Origin: an uncultured Acidobacteriota bacterium
GTDB taxonomy: Bacteria > Acidobacteriota > Vicinamibacteria > Vicinamibacterales > 2-12-FULL-66-21
Assembly: GCA_963773005.1 (NCBI GenBank)
Contig: CAVYZR010000008.1
Location: forward strand, 545,469-609,468
Direction: 5' to 3'
DNA length: 64,000 nucleotides
The translations under genes were made by a program, and so were the position numbers. Numbering within the stretch: the first letter of the stretch is position 1; each line of letters starts with the position of its first letter. Of this stretch, positions 9,143 through 19,083 are shown in pieces. The notes beneath the pieces were generated by a model. It saw only the letters and a program-made list of their open reading frames with translations. It ran no database searches and was not told the origin of the DNA.

Positions 9143-10387
9143 TCGAGGGCCCAGACCGTCAGGGTCGACGCGTCGCGCACGATGACGCGGTCCCGCAGGA
9201 TGATCGGCTGAGCGTAGGTCGAGCTTGGGGCGACTGTGTAGCGGCGCACCTCGTGGAACGCCACCGGATCGATGGGCGCGACGATGAGCTGCGACTCGGT
9301 TGTCAGGAAGACGAGATGATCCCCGGCTGCCACGACAGAGGCGCTGGCTGCGTTGCGACCTTCGGTGGCCCAGAGAATCTTGCCGGTCTCGGGATCTTGC
9401 GCGACGAATTGCCCTTTGCGCTTCGAGGAATGAGCAAAGAGCGTCCCGCGCGCCATGACGGGGGAACTCATGTACATCGCGACCTCGGGCGTGTGCCAGG
9501 ACTCGGTGGCGGTCCAGGCGCTCGCCGACTTTGTCACGGTCAGCCGTCGTGTGCCCTGACGCACCCCCGAGACGATAATCCCGGTCGCCGTCGCCACCGG
9601 CGTCACGATGTTCTCGTTCCACTCGTCGTCGAACGGAAACTCCCAGAGGAGAGCGCCGCTTGCGGTCTCGACGCCGATGACCGATCGTGTCGTCATGGTG
9701 ACGACCTGCCGCACGCCGCCAAGCGTCACCTCGATCGGAGAAGCGTAGCCAGGGCCGCGAACCTCGGTGATCCAGTTTTCTTTGCCGGTCACAGGGTCGA
9801 GCGCGAGAATCGAGCCCCCCCGATCGTCTCCGACATGCGCGATGATGCCTGTCGCTGTCCGCAGTGGTGACATCGCTGTACCGCAGAACAGCTTCGAAGT
9901 ATCGATGCGCGAGGAGAAGTCCTTTCGCCAGATGAGAGCGCCAGTATAGGCGTTCCATGCTGAGAGGATTGCCGTCGTGCCAAACGTGTAGAGGCGGCCC
10001 TCCGAGAGAAGTGGCGTCGAATACGGGCCTTTCGCCATCTGCTTGGCGTACGGGTTCTTGTCCATCGGGGCGGTGTACTTGTGCTGCCACGCGACCGACC
10101 CCGTCGCGAGGTCGATCGCTGAGACGACTTCATCGGGATCGCGGCGTGCGTGAACGAAGATCCGGCCGTCGCCGGCGATCGGAGACGAGTAGCCTTCGCC
10201 GACCTCGACGCTCCATCCTTTCTTCAACTCTGCCGGCCACATCCTCGGCGCCTCGTCGAGTCGTGAGCGCACCTGTTCTGGCCGGCCCACGCCATTGTGG
10301 CCAGCTGTCTCGCGCCGGCGTCTGGCCGCCGACGTGGGCAATCGGAGCGAGCGCGAGCGCCAGGCACAGCACCAAGCGGGTTCTCAT
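9139..10387 (-). pseudogene. PQQ-like beta-propeller repeat protein; reading frame interrupted near 10266-10275
   Basis: The signal peptide and hallmark MRTRLVLCLALALAPIAHVGGQTPARDSWPQWRGPARTG sit in the frame of ORF 10130..10402. The propeller body (MWPAELKKGWSVEVGEGYSSPIAGDGRIFVH...) sits in the frame of ORF 9139..10341. The two frames differ by 1 nt. Confidence 0.6.
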
Positions 10388-10495
10388 CCTCGCATTCTCC
10401 ACCTAGGACCGCCTCGGCAGCAACGCCGCATGTCCCATCTTTTTTTGTCCAGGCTCTTGCATTGGGGTGTCTATTTCCTCTACGATGCAGTTGAA

Positions 10496-10834
10496 ATGAG
10501 TCGCACTGAGGCGTTAGGCGAGTTCGAACAGCTGGTGCTCCTCGCGGTCGTGCGCCTGGACGCCGAGGCGTACGGATCGACGATCCGACGGGAAATCGAG
10601 GAGCGCACCGGCCGAACGATTGCGATTGGTGCGCTCTACACGGCGCTCGATCGGCTGGAACGAAAGGGTTATGTCAACTCACGGCTGTCGGATCCAACGC
10701 CACAGCGTGGCGGCCGCGCGAAGCGCTATTTCCGCCTGCGGCCAGCCGGCATCGCGGCCCTGGCGCGATCGCGCGACGCGCTGACGCGTATGTGGGCCGG
10801 GATCGAACTCGGCGTGCAGCGGGGCCGGGGATGA
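10496..10834 (+). CDS. PadR-family transcriptional regulator
   Basis: ATG at 10496 within track ORF 10295..10834. Sequence FEQLVLLAVVRLDAEAYGSTIRREIEERTGRTIAIGALYTALDRLERKGYV is a typical PadR winged helix. The stop overlaps the permease ATG as ATGA (10831-10834). Confidence 0.8.
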   Translation: MSRTEALGEFEQLVLLAVVRLDAEAYGSTIRREIEERTGRTIAIGALYTALDRLERKGYVNSRLSDPTPQRGGRAKRYFRLRPAGIAALARSRDALTRMWAGIELGVQRGRG

Positions 10835-13489
10835 TCGATCCACCGCGCATCGCGGTCTGGTTGTTCGAACGTTCGCTCAGCTGGCACGAGCGTGAAGCCG
10901 TGATCGGCGATGTGATCGAAGAGTTCAACCACCGCGCTGCCCTGAATGTTTCTTCGGCTCGCCGCTGGATCTGGACCGAGGCGTGCCGTTCCGCACCGCA
11001 CAATCTCGGTCGCCGCCTTCGGGATTCGCGAGGCGCGACTGGCGTTGTTCCTGAGAATGGAGCCCGTATGCTCAATGGCTTCGTCACCGATCTGCGCTTC
11101 GCGACTCGTCTGCTGAAGCGCCAGCCCCTCGTGTCCATGGTCGCGCTCGTGTCGCTCGCGGCTGGACTCGGTTTGAACATCCTGCTGCTCGCGCTGGCCG
11201 ATGCGGCGCTCGTCCGGCCGCTCCCGCTCCACGATCCGGGGCGCCTCGTCCTCCTCCTGCTGCAGCGCGAATCACGATTCATGCACAACTTTTCGTATCC
11301 CGATTATGAGGAGTTGCGCCGCCGTGCGACCGTCGTCGATAGTCTCGTCGCCTACAGCCCGGTCGAGTCGTCGATGGCCGGGTCCGACGGCGCGACATCC
11401 GTCGAGGGCGAGGTGGTGTCGGGCAATTTCTTTGTGGCGCTGGGCGTCCCACTCCGAACTGGACGCGCGCTGAGCGACGCCGATGACGCGGCGGGTGCCC
11501 CCCCGGCCGTCGTCGTGTCCGAGGCGCTGTGGCGCGACCGATTTGGCGGCGCCGCACTCTCGGGCCAGACGGTCGTACTCAATGGCCAGCCGTTCACCGT
11601 GGTCGGCGTCGCTGCGGCGAGGTTCTCGGGCATGCAGGTCGGACGGAACGCGGATGTCTGGGTCCCCCTGGCGCATTCGCCTGGCTTCGCGGGCGGAGAT
11701 CTTCTGGGGCGTCCCACCACATCGTGGCTGACCGTTATCGCTCGTCTTCGCGCTGACGCCACCGCCGAGTCAGCGCGGCAGGAGCTCGATGCGATCCTGC
11801 GCCGCATCCGTGAATCAAGCGGCCGGCCAGTGGAGCCGGTGGTGCTGCAGCCCGGCGCGCGCGGCGACTCACTGCTGTCGGGGCAGCTCGCCTCGCCGAT
11901 GGCGCTGCTGCTGGCCGCTGGAGCGCTGGTTCTTCTCGTGGCGTGCCTCAATGTTGCCAATCTTCAGCTCTCACGGATCGAGGCGCGTCGACGTGAGCTC
12001 GCGGTGCGTTCGGCACTGGGCGCCCGCCGAGCGCAGCTCGTGAGGCTCGCGCTCATCGACGGCGGCCTCATGGCCGGCGCCGCGGGGCTGGCGGCTGTCT
12101 GGCTCGCCGTGCTCCTCAAGGATCAGGCCGCGTCGCTCATTGCGCTCTATGGCCGCCCGGTCGCGCTGTCGATTCCATTCGACGGCCGCGTCATCGTGAT
12201 GGCGGCGCTGCTTTCGTGCGCAGCGGCGCTCGTCATCGGTCTGCTGTCGAGCTGGCAGATTCTTCGGCGGCAATCCGCTGAAGGCCTGGCAGACGGTCGA
12301 GGCGAAACCGGCCGGCGACGTCCGGCACAGCGAGCAGTCGTTGTGGCGCAGGTCGCGCTCTCGATGGCTCTCCTGACTGGAGCCTCACTTCTGGTTCGAA
12401 CGCTCGATCGACTGCGTCGACGCCGATCTCGGCTTCGATCCACGTGGTGTCGCCGTGCTTCAGGTATCGCCAGAGATGGGCCGGCTCTCACGCCCTGCGG
12501 CGGGCGCCTACTTTGACGAAGCCGTCGCCGCCCTCGAAGCGCTGCCTGGCGTGCAGAGCGTTGGCGTCGCGCATGTGATGCCTCTCGACTTCGGCGGATC
12601 ACGAACCACCGTCGGGATCGCCGGTTACACGCCAGCGTCCGACGAAGACATGGAACTGAACTTCGTCCGTGTCTCACCAGGGTATTTTCGAACATTGGGC
12701 CTGTCGCCGCGCGAAGGGCGAACCTTCGACGAACGGGACCGCGACGGCCAGCCCGAGCGAATCCTCGTCAACGAGACGATGGCACGGCGGTTCTGGCCGG
12801 ACGGCAAGGCGGCCGGCCGGTTCGTGCGCTTCGACTCTCGCGCGCCCTTCAACGTCGAGGTGATCGGCGTGGTGCCCGACGCGCACTACAGGATGGTGCG
12901 GGAGCCGTCGACGCCAACCTTCTATGTGCCGCTGGCGCAGTGGCCCTCGGACGCTGGCGTTCTCCATGTGCGCGTGACTGGCGAGCCGTCGGCGCGGCTC
13001 GCCGAGTTGCGACGGGTGGTCGCTGCTGTCAATCCCGCCGTACCGGTGATTCGCGCCCACACGCTTCTCGATCAAGTCGAGCGCAACATTGCCGACGAAC
13101 GGCTGGCGATGACGATTGGGCTCACGTTGGCTCTTGTCGCGCTCCTGCTTGCCACCGCCGGTCTCTACGCGACGATGGCCTTCGCCGTCGGCCGGCGGAC
13201 GCGGGAGATCGGTGTGCGCCTCGCGCTCGGTGCCAGGACGTCGGAGGTTCGATCGCTCGTGGTGCGGGAAGGCCTGGCGCTGACGCTTCCCGGCGTCGCG
13301 TGCGGGCTTGCGCTTTCAATGTGGGTTGGACAGGCGCTGCGCCACCAGCTCTACGGCGTCAGCGCGCTCGACGTTCCCAGCCTCGTCGGCGCGGCCGTCA
13401 CTCTTATCGGTGCGGCGTTCCTTGCGAGCTGGCTTCCGGCTCGTCGTGCTGCCAGTGTCGATCCCGTTATCGCCTTGCGGGATTGCTGA
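10831..13489 (+). pseudogene. MacB/FtsX-type (ADOP-like) ABC permease; reading frame interrupted near 12413-12417
   Basis: N-terminal part in ORF 10792..12516 (ATG 10831, MIDPPRIAVWLFERSL...). Continuation ...LVRTLDRL / VDADLGFDPRGVAVLQVSPE... is in the +1 frame of ORF 12455..13489, ending with FtsX helices. The PadR plus long duplicated FtsX permease pairing is a recurrent arrangement. Confidence 0.65.
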
Positions 13490-13507
13490 CGATGTAGAGG
13501 ATCGTAA

Positions 13508-13557
13508 GGTTCAGAGGGTTCAGGGGTTCAGCCTGAACCCTTTGAACCTCCTGAACC
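13508..13557. terminator. CTGAACC-heptamer hairpin (family A), probable bidirectional terminator
   Basis: 3 x GGTTCAG followed by CTGAACC / TTGAACC / CTGAACC, folding into three 7-8 bp helices. Lies between convergent gene ends 13489 and 13607. No U-tract. Confidence 0.4.
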
Positions 13558-13606
13558 TCTGCTTTCCGTCACTACGCGCCGGCTGCCAAGACTGCCGAAG
13601 CACTGA

Positions 13607-14272
13607 TCATGTCTGAGCGGCCTTGAGACTCTGGAAGTAGGCGTTCGCGTTGGCGTTAGCCTTGTCGATTCGGGCGAGCAGTTCCGTGCCGCGTGCGTTC
13701 AGCTTTTCCGCGTTTGGTTGCAGCGCGGTCATCGCGGAGGGTGTCAAGTCGCTCCCCAGGAAAGTGATCTGATCGGCCAGGTCCTTGCGGAACGGCTCGA
13801 GCGCGTCGCCTGCCTCTTTCAGAGACTGAAGCACGCCGGCAAACTCCTTCTGGTTGTCGCCCAGGCGCTGCTTGGCCTGCGCCAGGAGTTGCGGATCCTT
13901 GATGTTCTTGATGGTCTCGGCTCGCCCGCTGAAGTAGACGTCTCCCGCCTTCTGCATCTCGGCGATCTTCTGACGTGCCCCTGCCACCCGATCGTTCATG
14001 GAGTCCGCCGACTTCATCACTTTCTTGTAGTCGCCCTTCATGTTCGTCGAAGGCTTCGTGACGAGCGCGTTGTAGGCGTCGAGCGTCTTCTGGGTCTGCA
14101 GCTTCGCCTGCTCGACTGCTTCCGACGTTTTTCCGCCAGCCTTGACGAAACGGTCGGTCTCTTTCAGACCCTCGGTTCGGCTTCGTTCTGGAGTCTCCTG
14201 GGCCGCCGCGAGCGGCGCCACGAGCACGACGGCAAGCATCAACTGCGCGGCGCGGGCAATCCGTTTCTGCAT
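13607..14272 (-). CDS. secreted alpha-helical protein (DUF2959-like)
   Basis: 221 aa with signal peptide MQKRIARAAQLMLAVVLVAPLAAAQE and K/E/Q-rich helical composition. Resemblance to DUF2959 is from memory of that family's pattern only. Confidence 0.45.
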   Translation of the reverse strand: MQKRIARAAQLMLAVVLVAPLAAAQETPERSRTEGLKETDRFVKAGGKTSEAVEQAKLQTQKTLDAYNALVTKPSTNMKGDYKKVMKSADSMNDRVAGARQKIAEMQKAGDVYFSGRAETIKNIKDPQLLAQAKQRLGDNQKEFAGVLQSLKEAGDALEPFRKDLADQITFLGSDLTPSAMTALQPNAEKLNARGTELLARIDKANANANAYFQSLKAAQT

Positions 14273-14580
14273 AACGTCCTCCTAGCGTAGTGTCACCCTA
14301 CACACAAGAAGCGTTCCTTCGTCGAACAGCTCCCTGACGGCTGTCCTCGCAGTCGAACGACGTCTGACAGCGGGTGGCCGCGGCCCGAGCCGCGAGATGT
14401 CGCGGCTCGGCCATGCCCATCAGTTCTGCGCCCGACTGCGATTGAACGAACCCGGTCACCGCGTGCCTCAGAACAACGATGGGTCGACGGAATGGCTCGG
14501 AGTTGGTTGGGCACGACATCATGCGTTTTCAGGTCTGTGCGGCGGGTTCTGAACGAGTTGCGTGGGGTTCGCCGGACGCG

Positions 14581-15675
14581 TCACCGCGCTGCGGAAGCCC
14601 TCTTGACGACCTCGAACGTATCAAGCGTTCTGCCATTGGCGCCGATGGCTTCAACGCGGATCGCGTCATGGGTGACGGTCGCGATTAAGAAGGAGTGGGT
14701 CGTCCCGTCGGCTTTCGCGAGAAACGAATTCTTGTAATCAATGACGTCCGGTCTCAATCGCGCGCTCGCACCGGCCGTCACATACTGCACCTGATGCCCT
14801 GTGGGCGACCGCGCGGGCTGCAGCGTGGAGCGATCGTAATGATGATCGTGGCCGGCGAGGACCAGGTCTACGCCGTGCTGAACGAAAATCGGCTCGAGCA
14901 GCACACGCAATCTCAAGAGCGATCGTTCGCCACCGTGTCCGCCTCGCCTCGTTGCAGCGGAATAGATCGAGTGGTGCAGAAACACGACTTTCCAGCGCGC
15001 AGGCGACTTCGCCAGCACATCGTGGAGCCAGACGAGCTGGGCATTCTTGACCGCCGTCTGCTCGCTGATGAACGCGACGTCCTCGCCAAGCTCGGCGTTG
15101 ATGCTGGCTAGCCGCCGCTCCTCCGGTTCGGTGAGCGTCTGCTTGCGCTCGAGCGCGGCGCGCTCCTTGTCGAGTTGTGCTTTTTCGACAATCTCGAGCG
15201 CGCTGGCCTCTTCGGCAAGAGCCGTCGAATCGAGCCCGAAGAACTCAATCAGCCGCTCACCCTTTGAGAACGCGTAGAACCGCTGGCCTCTCATGTTCCA
15301 TGCGGGATAGTGAATCTGCAGCTCGGTCCCGCGGCGAATGTCGTGGTTACCCAGTACGGCGTGGAACTGAACGCCCGCTGCCAGCAAATCCGCGAACGGC
15401 GCTTCAAAGACCTTCTGGATGCCTGGTCCAACGCCGTTGCTGTAGATGTTGTCGCCGAGCATGAGCACGAAGTCGAAGGTGGCGCGGTCGCGGCGATAGG
15501 CGCCCATTTCGCGGACGACGCCGCGCAGGCCTGGCGACACGTCGCCGCTGTCGCCGATGACACCAAAAACGATCGGCTCTTGGGCCGTGCCAGGGGTCGC
15601 GACGCGCGCCAGCGCGAGTACAGCCAGCCAGGCCGTCAGACGGAGGACTCGCATGAGCGGAGTGAGCGGGCTCAT
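14581..15675 (-). CDS. calcineurin-like metallophosphoesterase, secreted
   Basis: Signal peptide, then motifs GVIGDSGD, LMLGDNIY, LGNHD, VFLHH, AGHDHHY. Contains an inserted coiled-coil-like stretch (EKAQLDKERAALERKQTLTEPEERR). Confidence 0.75.
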   Translation of the reverse strand: MSPLTPLMRVLRLTAWLAVLALARVATPGTAQEPIVFGVIGDSGDVSPGLRGVVREMGAYRRDRATFDFVLMLGDNIYSNGVGPGIQKVFEAPFADLLAAGVQFHAVLGNHDIRRGTELQIHYPAWNMRGQRFYAFSKGERLIEFFGLDSTALAEEASALEIVEKAQLDKERAALERKQTLTEPEERRLASINAELGEDVAFISEQTAVKNAQLVWLHDVLAKSPARWKVVFLHHSIYSAATRRGGHGGERSLLRLRVLLEPIFVQHGVDLVLAGHDHHYDRSTLQPARSPTGHQVQYVTAGASARLRPDVIDYKNSFLAKADGTTHSFLIATVTHDAIRVEAIGANGRTLDTFEVVKRASAAR

Positions 15676-15764
15676 TTCGCCCTAATTTAGCAAACCATGA
15701 GAAAACCCCCGCCCCAATTCGCCACATTTTCGCGAGCGCCTGTCGGGAATGCCGCCACTACGTC

Positions 15765-15790
15765 GAACCCTGAACCCTGAACCCTGAGCC
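15765..15790. repeat. tandem CCTGAAC heptamers (family A, single orientation)
   Basis: GAACCCTGAACCCTGAACCCTGAGCC, in the divergent intergenic region between 15675 and 15838. Confidence 0.7.
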
Positions 15791-15837
15791 AAACGCCAAG
15801 TACAATCACCCGGTGTCGTCGTCGGAGGCCATTCGCC

Positions 15838-17160
15838 ATGGCACGCTTTTCTGTATCACTCGATCGGGTTCGTCTCGCTCTTACAGACGGAATGCACAGA
15901 TGCGCGGTTCTGGTGGCCACGTGTCTTCTGGTGTTCAACACCGTCGGGTCGGCACAGGGCCGGCCGCCGGAACCTTCCCCGCCGTCGAGTACTTCTCAGC
16001 CCATCAGCCCCGCGGTTTCTGACGAAGCACGAACCGATCTCTTTGATCTGTACAGGAGGCTCAGACACAAACCGCCCGAGGTCGCGGTCAAAGATGACCG
16101 TCGGACGGCCTTCACCATTGTGCCGATTATCGGAGCGAAGCCAACGACAGGAGTCAGCGCCGGCGTCGGCGCGAACATCGAGTTTGCGCTCGGCGACACC
16201 ACGACGACGCGGATCTCAGTGCTGAATGGCGCGCTGACGTTCTCGAGTCACGGGCAACTCGGAGCCGGCACAGTCCTTCTCCTCTACGGCCGGGACAACC
16301 GATGGAAGTTCGATGGCCTGAACGGCTTCAAAGAACCGATGAACGGCAACGTGGCCCTCGGAACCGGTGCACCACCCGGCAGCGCTCCAGAGATCGACTA
16401 CGACTCGGTGCGACTCTTCAACACCTACTATGTTCGCGTGTGGCGTCAACTCTACGCCGGCGCTGGTCTCTTCTACGAGAGGCAGGCAGGCATCGAGCCG
16501 ACATCTGAAGACGTTGCCGGCTGGGACTCGTCGCCTTTTGTGACCTACTCCACAGAACACGGCTTCGATCTCTCGACTCAGACAGCAGCCGGACCAGGCA
16601 TCGTCGTGCTGGTCGACAACCGCGACAATCAGAACGATGCGTTTCGCGGCTGGTACTTCACGTCGGAGTACCGTTACAGCTTCGAGACTTTCCTGGGAGG
16701 CGATTCGAACTGGAGCAATCTGTTCGCCGACCTGCGGACCTACAAAGCGTTGTCGCACGATCGTCGGCACAGGATGGCGTTCTGGACATTCGGTGATTTC
16801 GTGACGTCCGGCACGGCGCCGTATCTCTCATTGCCGATGACCGGCGGAGATTCGCGGGGACGGTCCGCGCGCGGCTACGCGGAGGGCCGCTTCAGAGGTG
16901 AAGGGCTGCTCTACGCGGAAGTTGAGTATCGCGCCACGTTGACCAGGAACAGTTTCCTCGGAGTCGTGACCTTCCTGAACGTGACAACGGCGAGCAACGA
17001 GCAGACTGACGAGAAGCTCTTCGACTCGGGTGCCGTGGGCGGGGGCTTCGGGTTTCGATTTCTGCTCCGCAAGCGGTCCCGGACAAACATCTGCTTCGAT
17101 CTCGGCTGGGGACGGCAAGGCTCCTTCGGCGTATACGTCGGACTCGCAGACGCCTTCTGA
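15838..17160 (+). CDS. outer-membrane beta-barrel protein (Omp85/surface-antigen-like)
   Basis: 440 aa. An alternative start at 15892 gives a cleaner signal peptide (MHRCAVLVATCLLVFNTVGSAQG). Alternating beta-strand pattern with C-terminal ...GVYVGLADAF. Confidence 0.55.
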   Translation: MARFSVSLDRVRLALTDGMHRCAVLVATCLLVFNTVGSAQGRPPEPSPPSSTSQPISPAVSDEARTDLFDLYRRLRHKPPEVAVKDDRRTAFTIVPIIGAKPTTGVSAGVGANIEFALGDTTTTRISVLNGALTFSSHGQLGAGTVLLLYGRDNRWKFDGLNGFKEPMNGNVALGTGAPPGSAPEIDYDSVRLFNTYYVRVWRQLYAGAGLFYERQAGIEPTSEDVAGWDSSPFVTYSTEHGFDLSTQTAAGPGIVVLVDNRDNQNDAFRGWYFTSEYRYSFETFLGGDSNWSNLFADLRTYKALSHDRRHRMAFWTFGDFVTSGTAPYLSLPMTGGDSRGRSARGYAEGRFRGEGLLYAEVEYRATLTRNSFLGVVTFLNVTTASNEQTDEKLFDSGAVGGGFGFRFLLRKRSRTNICFDLGWGRQGSFGVYVGLADAF

Positions 17161-17211
17161 CGCTGCTGCTGTGAAGCAGAGGGATAGTCGGCGGTTGGAT
17201 GCACGTTCATA

Positions 17212-17270
17212 GGTTCAGGAGGCTCATGGGGTTCAGGCCTGAACCCTGAACCTCTTGAATCCCCTGAACC
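17212..17270. terminator. CTGAACC-heptamer hairpin (family A), probable bidirectional terminator
   Basis: GGTTCAG-GGCTCAT-GGTTCAG followed by CTGAACC-CTGAACC-TTGAATCC-CTGAACC. Lies between convergent gene ends 17160 and 17277. Confidence 0.4.
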
Positions 17271-17276
17271 ATTTTG

Positions 17277-18809
17277 TTACCGCCGTCGGAACGCGTTCGC
17301 GAAGACGTCGTTCGCGATGCGCCGCCCCTGCGCGATGCCTTCGGTCTTGTCGAAGGACCAGTGGATGCCGAGGTAGATTCGGCTCTGGCCATTTTCTTCT
17401 TCCGCCTGCGACAGTGTCCGGAACGTGCGCGGCAGCAGCGGACGAACGTTGCCCTCGTTGTCCGCCGTGACCCCGTTCAGCTCGTCTGATGTGAACGTGA
17501 ACGGGATCTCGTCGGTGCGGTAGAAGTTCCGAAGCGTCTGGAACAGCGCGCCACCGAACACCGCGTGGCCGGAGGGGTAGGCAGGGAACGGCGGCGTGAA
17601 GTTCGGGCCCTGAAGGTTGCTGGCCGGCGCGCCGAGCGGCGAGAACTTGCGATCGCCGATCGTCAGCGGGTTGCTGTCGCCTCGCCCGGTCGGTCCGGTG
17701 CCCGGGTCGGCCTCGCGAATGCCGGTCACCGGCCGCCAGACCTGGTAGTAGTACTTCGACTCCCAACTCGCCACGCCGGCATCCGACATGGCGACGTTCA
17801 CGATCGCCAGCAGCCGCGCCAGATCGACGATGTCGGTGCCCATCTGATCGGCAATCTGGAGCGCAATCTGATTGTAGAGGCGCGGTGGGGCGCAGAGGCT
17901 CGGCGTACCGTCGTACGCCCAGTAGATGCCGGCATTCGTCTGATCGTCGGTCCGCCTGGTCCGCGTGTTCACGCCATCGCCGCCGAGGCGTTTGACCTCG
18001 TTGTACGCCTCGGTGTACTGGCGGCTGCTCATCGCCGGTGGCGGCGGGACCCGGAAGCGGGTGACATCCCTGACGACGAAAGGTGTGACTTCACCCCAAT
18101 GCGCGCCGAGCGCGACAGGCAGTTGACTAATCGGATCCTGGCGCCATTTTCCAGGCCGATCGCTGGTGATGAACTCGGTGCCGAGCAACGGCTCTTTATG
18201 CTGCGAGCCATCGTCGGTCCCGAGCGCGAGAATCGCCCGAGCGGCTCGCCGGCCGACGCGGATGCCATCCGTCTTGGCGGGCCCGTCCTTGATCTTGGCG
18301 AGCTCGGCCGCGAGCACCTCATCGCAGTGCGCCTTCTGCGAGGGGTACATCTCCACGAGCGTGTCGTGCGCGGCTTGTCCGATGGCGGCGGCCATCGAGG
18401 CATCCGGTGATGCGTCGGGAATGTTGGTGAAGCTTCGATATCGCCTTGCTATTGCGTTGACCGCGTCGTACATCGCGATGTGGACGATGGCCATGGCGCG
18501 GCTCGATCGGCCAGGTCCGATCTGCTCGCCGAAGATCCGCGGATCCCCCTCCGCAACCGGCGTGTGATCGAGTCCGGCGGAGTCGATCGCGATGTGGTTC
18601 CAGTGGTGCATCGCGTTGGACGTGCCGGGGTCCGGCGGCGGATTCGGCCGCCGGGCAGCCGTCGCCGTCAAGCCGCTTGACGGGTAGGTGTATCGAGCGC
18701 CCCAGAATTGTTCGAAGCCACCAGCCGGCGCTTGCGCCCAGGTGAAGGCCACCAGGCTGGTGACGATTGTGATTAGCGCGGCAGCAAACGCACAGAATCT
18801 CCGCGTCAT
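17277..18809 (-). CDS. vanadium-haloperoxidase / PAP2-superfamily protein, secreted
   Basis: 510 aa with a signal peptide. Acid-phosphatase/haloperoxidase motifs KYYYQVWRP, PAYPSGHA, SRIYLGIHWSFD. Confidence 0.7.
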   Translation of the reverse strand: MTRRFCAFAAALITIVTSLVAFTWAQAPAGGFEQFWGARYTYPSSGLTATAARRPNPPPDPGTSNAMHHWNHIAIDSAGLDHTPVAEGDPRIFGEQIGPGRSSRAMAIVHIAMYDAVNAIARRYRSFTNIPDASPDASMAAAIGQAAHDTLVEMYPSQKAHCDEVLAAELAKIKDGPAKTDGIRVGRRAARAILALGTDDGSQHKEPLLGTEFITSDRPGKWRQDPISQLPVALGAHWGEVTPFVVRDVTRFRVPPPPAMSSRQYTEAYNEVKRLGGDGVNTRTRRTDDQTNAGIYWAYDGTPSLCAPPRLYNQIALQIADQMGTDIVDLARLLAIVNVAMSDAGVASWESKYYYQVWRPVTGIREADPGTGPTGRGDSNPLTIGDRKFSPLGAPASNLQGPNFTPPFPAYPSGHAVFGGALFQTLRNFYRTDEIPFTFTSDELNGVTADNEGNVRPLLPRTFRTLSQAEEENGQSRIYLGIHWSFDKTEGIAQGRRIANDVFANAFRRR

Positions 18810-19083
18810 CGCGCAGTCCTCCTCGCTTCTCAGGTCGCTTGTGTTCGCAGGGGTGACTTGTGCGCCTGTGCAAGTGGTGTGCCCACACCAGAATGCTGGA
18901 GGAATCGCGAAACGATGCTCAGCCTTCTCTTGCAGCGCGCCGTAATGATGTAGGTCTTACGGGCGGAGCACGTCAGAGCCAGAGGAGGATCGAAAAACGC
19001 ACACGATCGGCGTCGTGGGCGCCCGCGCCCGAGTGCAAGAGTCGCTACAGCTCGCCCGTTCCGGCACGTTTCGAGCTGAACGG

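Noticed and set aside
9143-10090. N-terminal 316 aa of track ORF 8408..10090
   Set aside because: This part overlaps the PQQ-propeller gene in another frame and is Arg/His-rich. Only the last 244 codons (from GTG 9142) look like a real SGNH hydrolase.
14379-14404. Perfect 11-bp GC hairpin (CCGAGCCGCGA-GATG-TCGCGGCTCGG) as a terminator
   Set aside because: It lies ~180 nt from the nearest stop codon and has no U-tract on either strand. This is insufficient to call a function.
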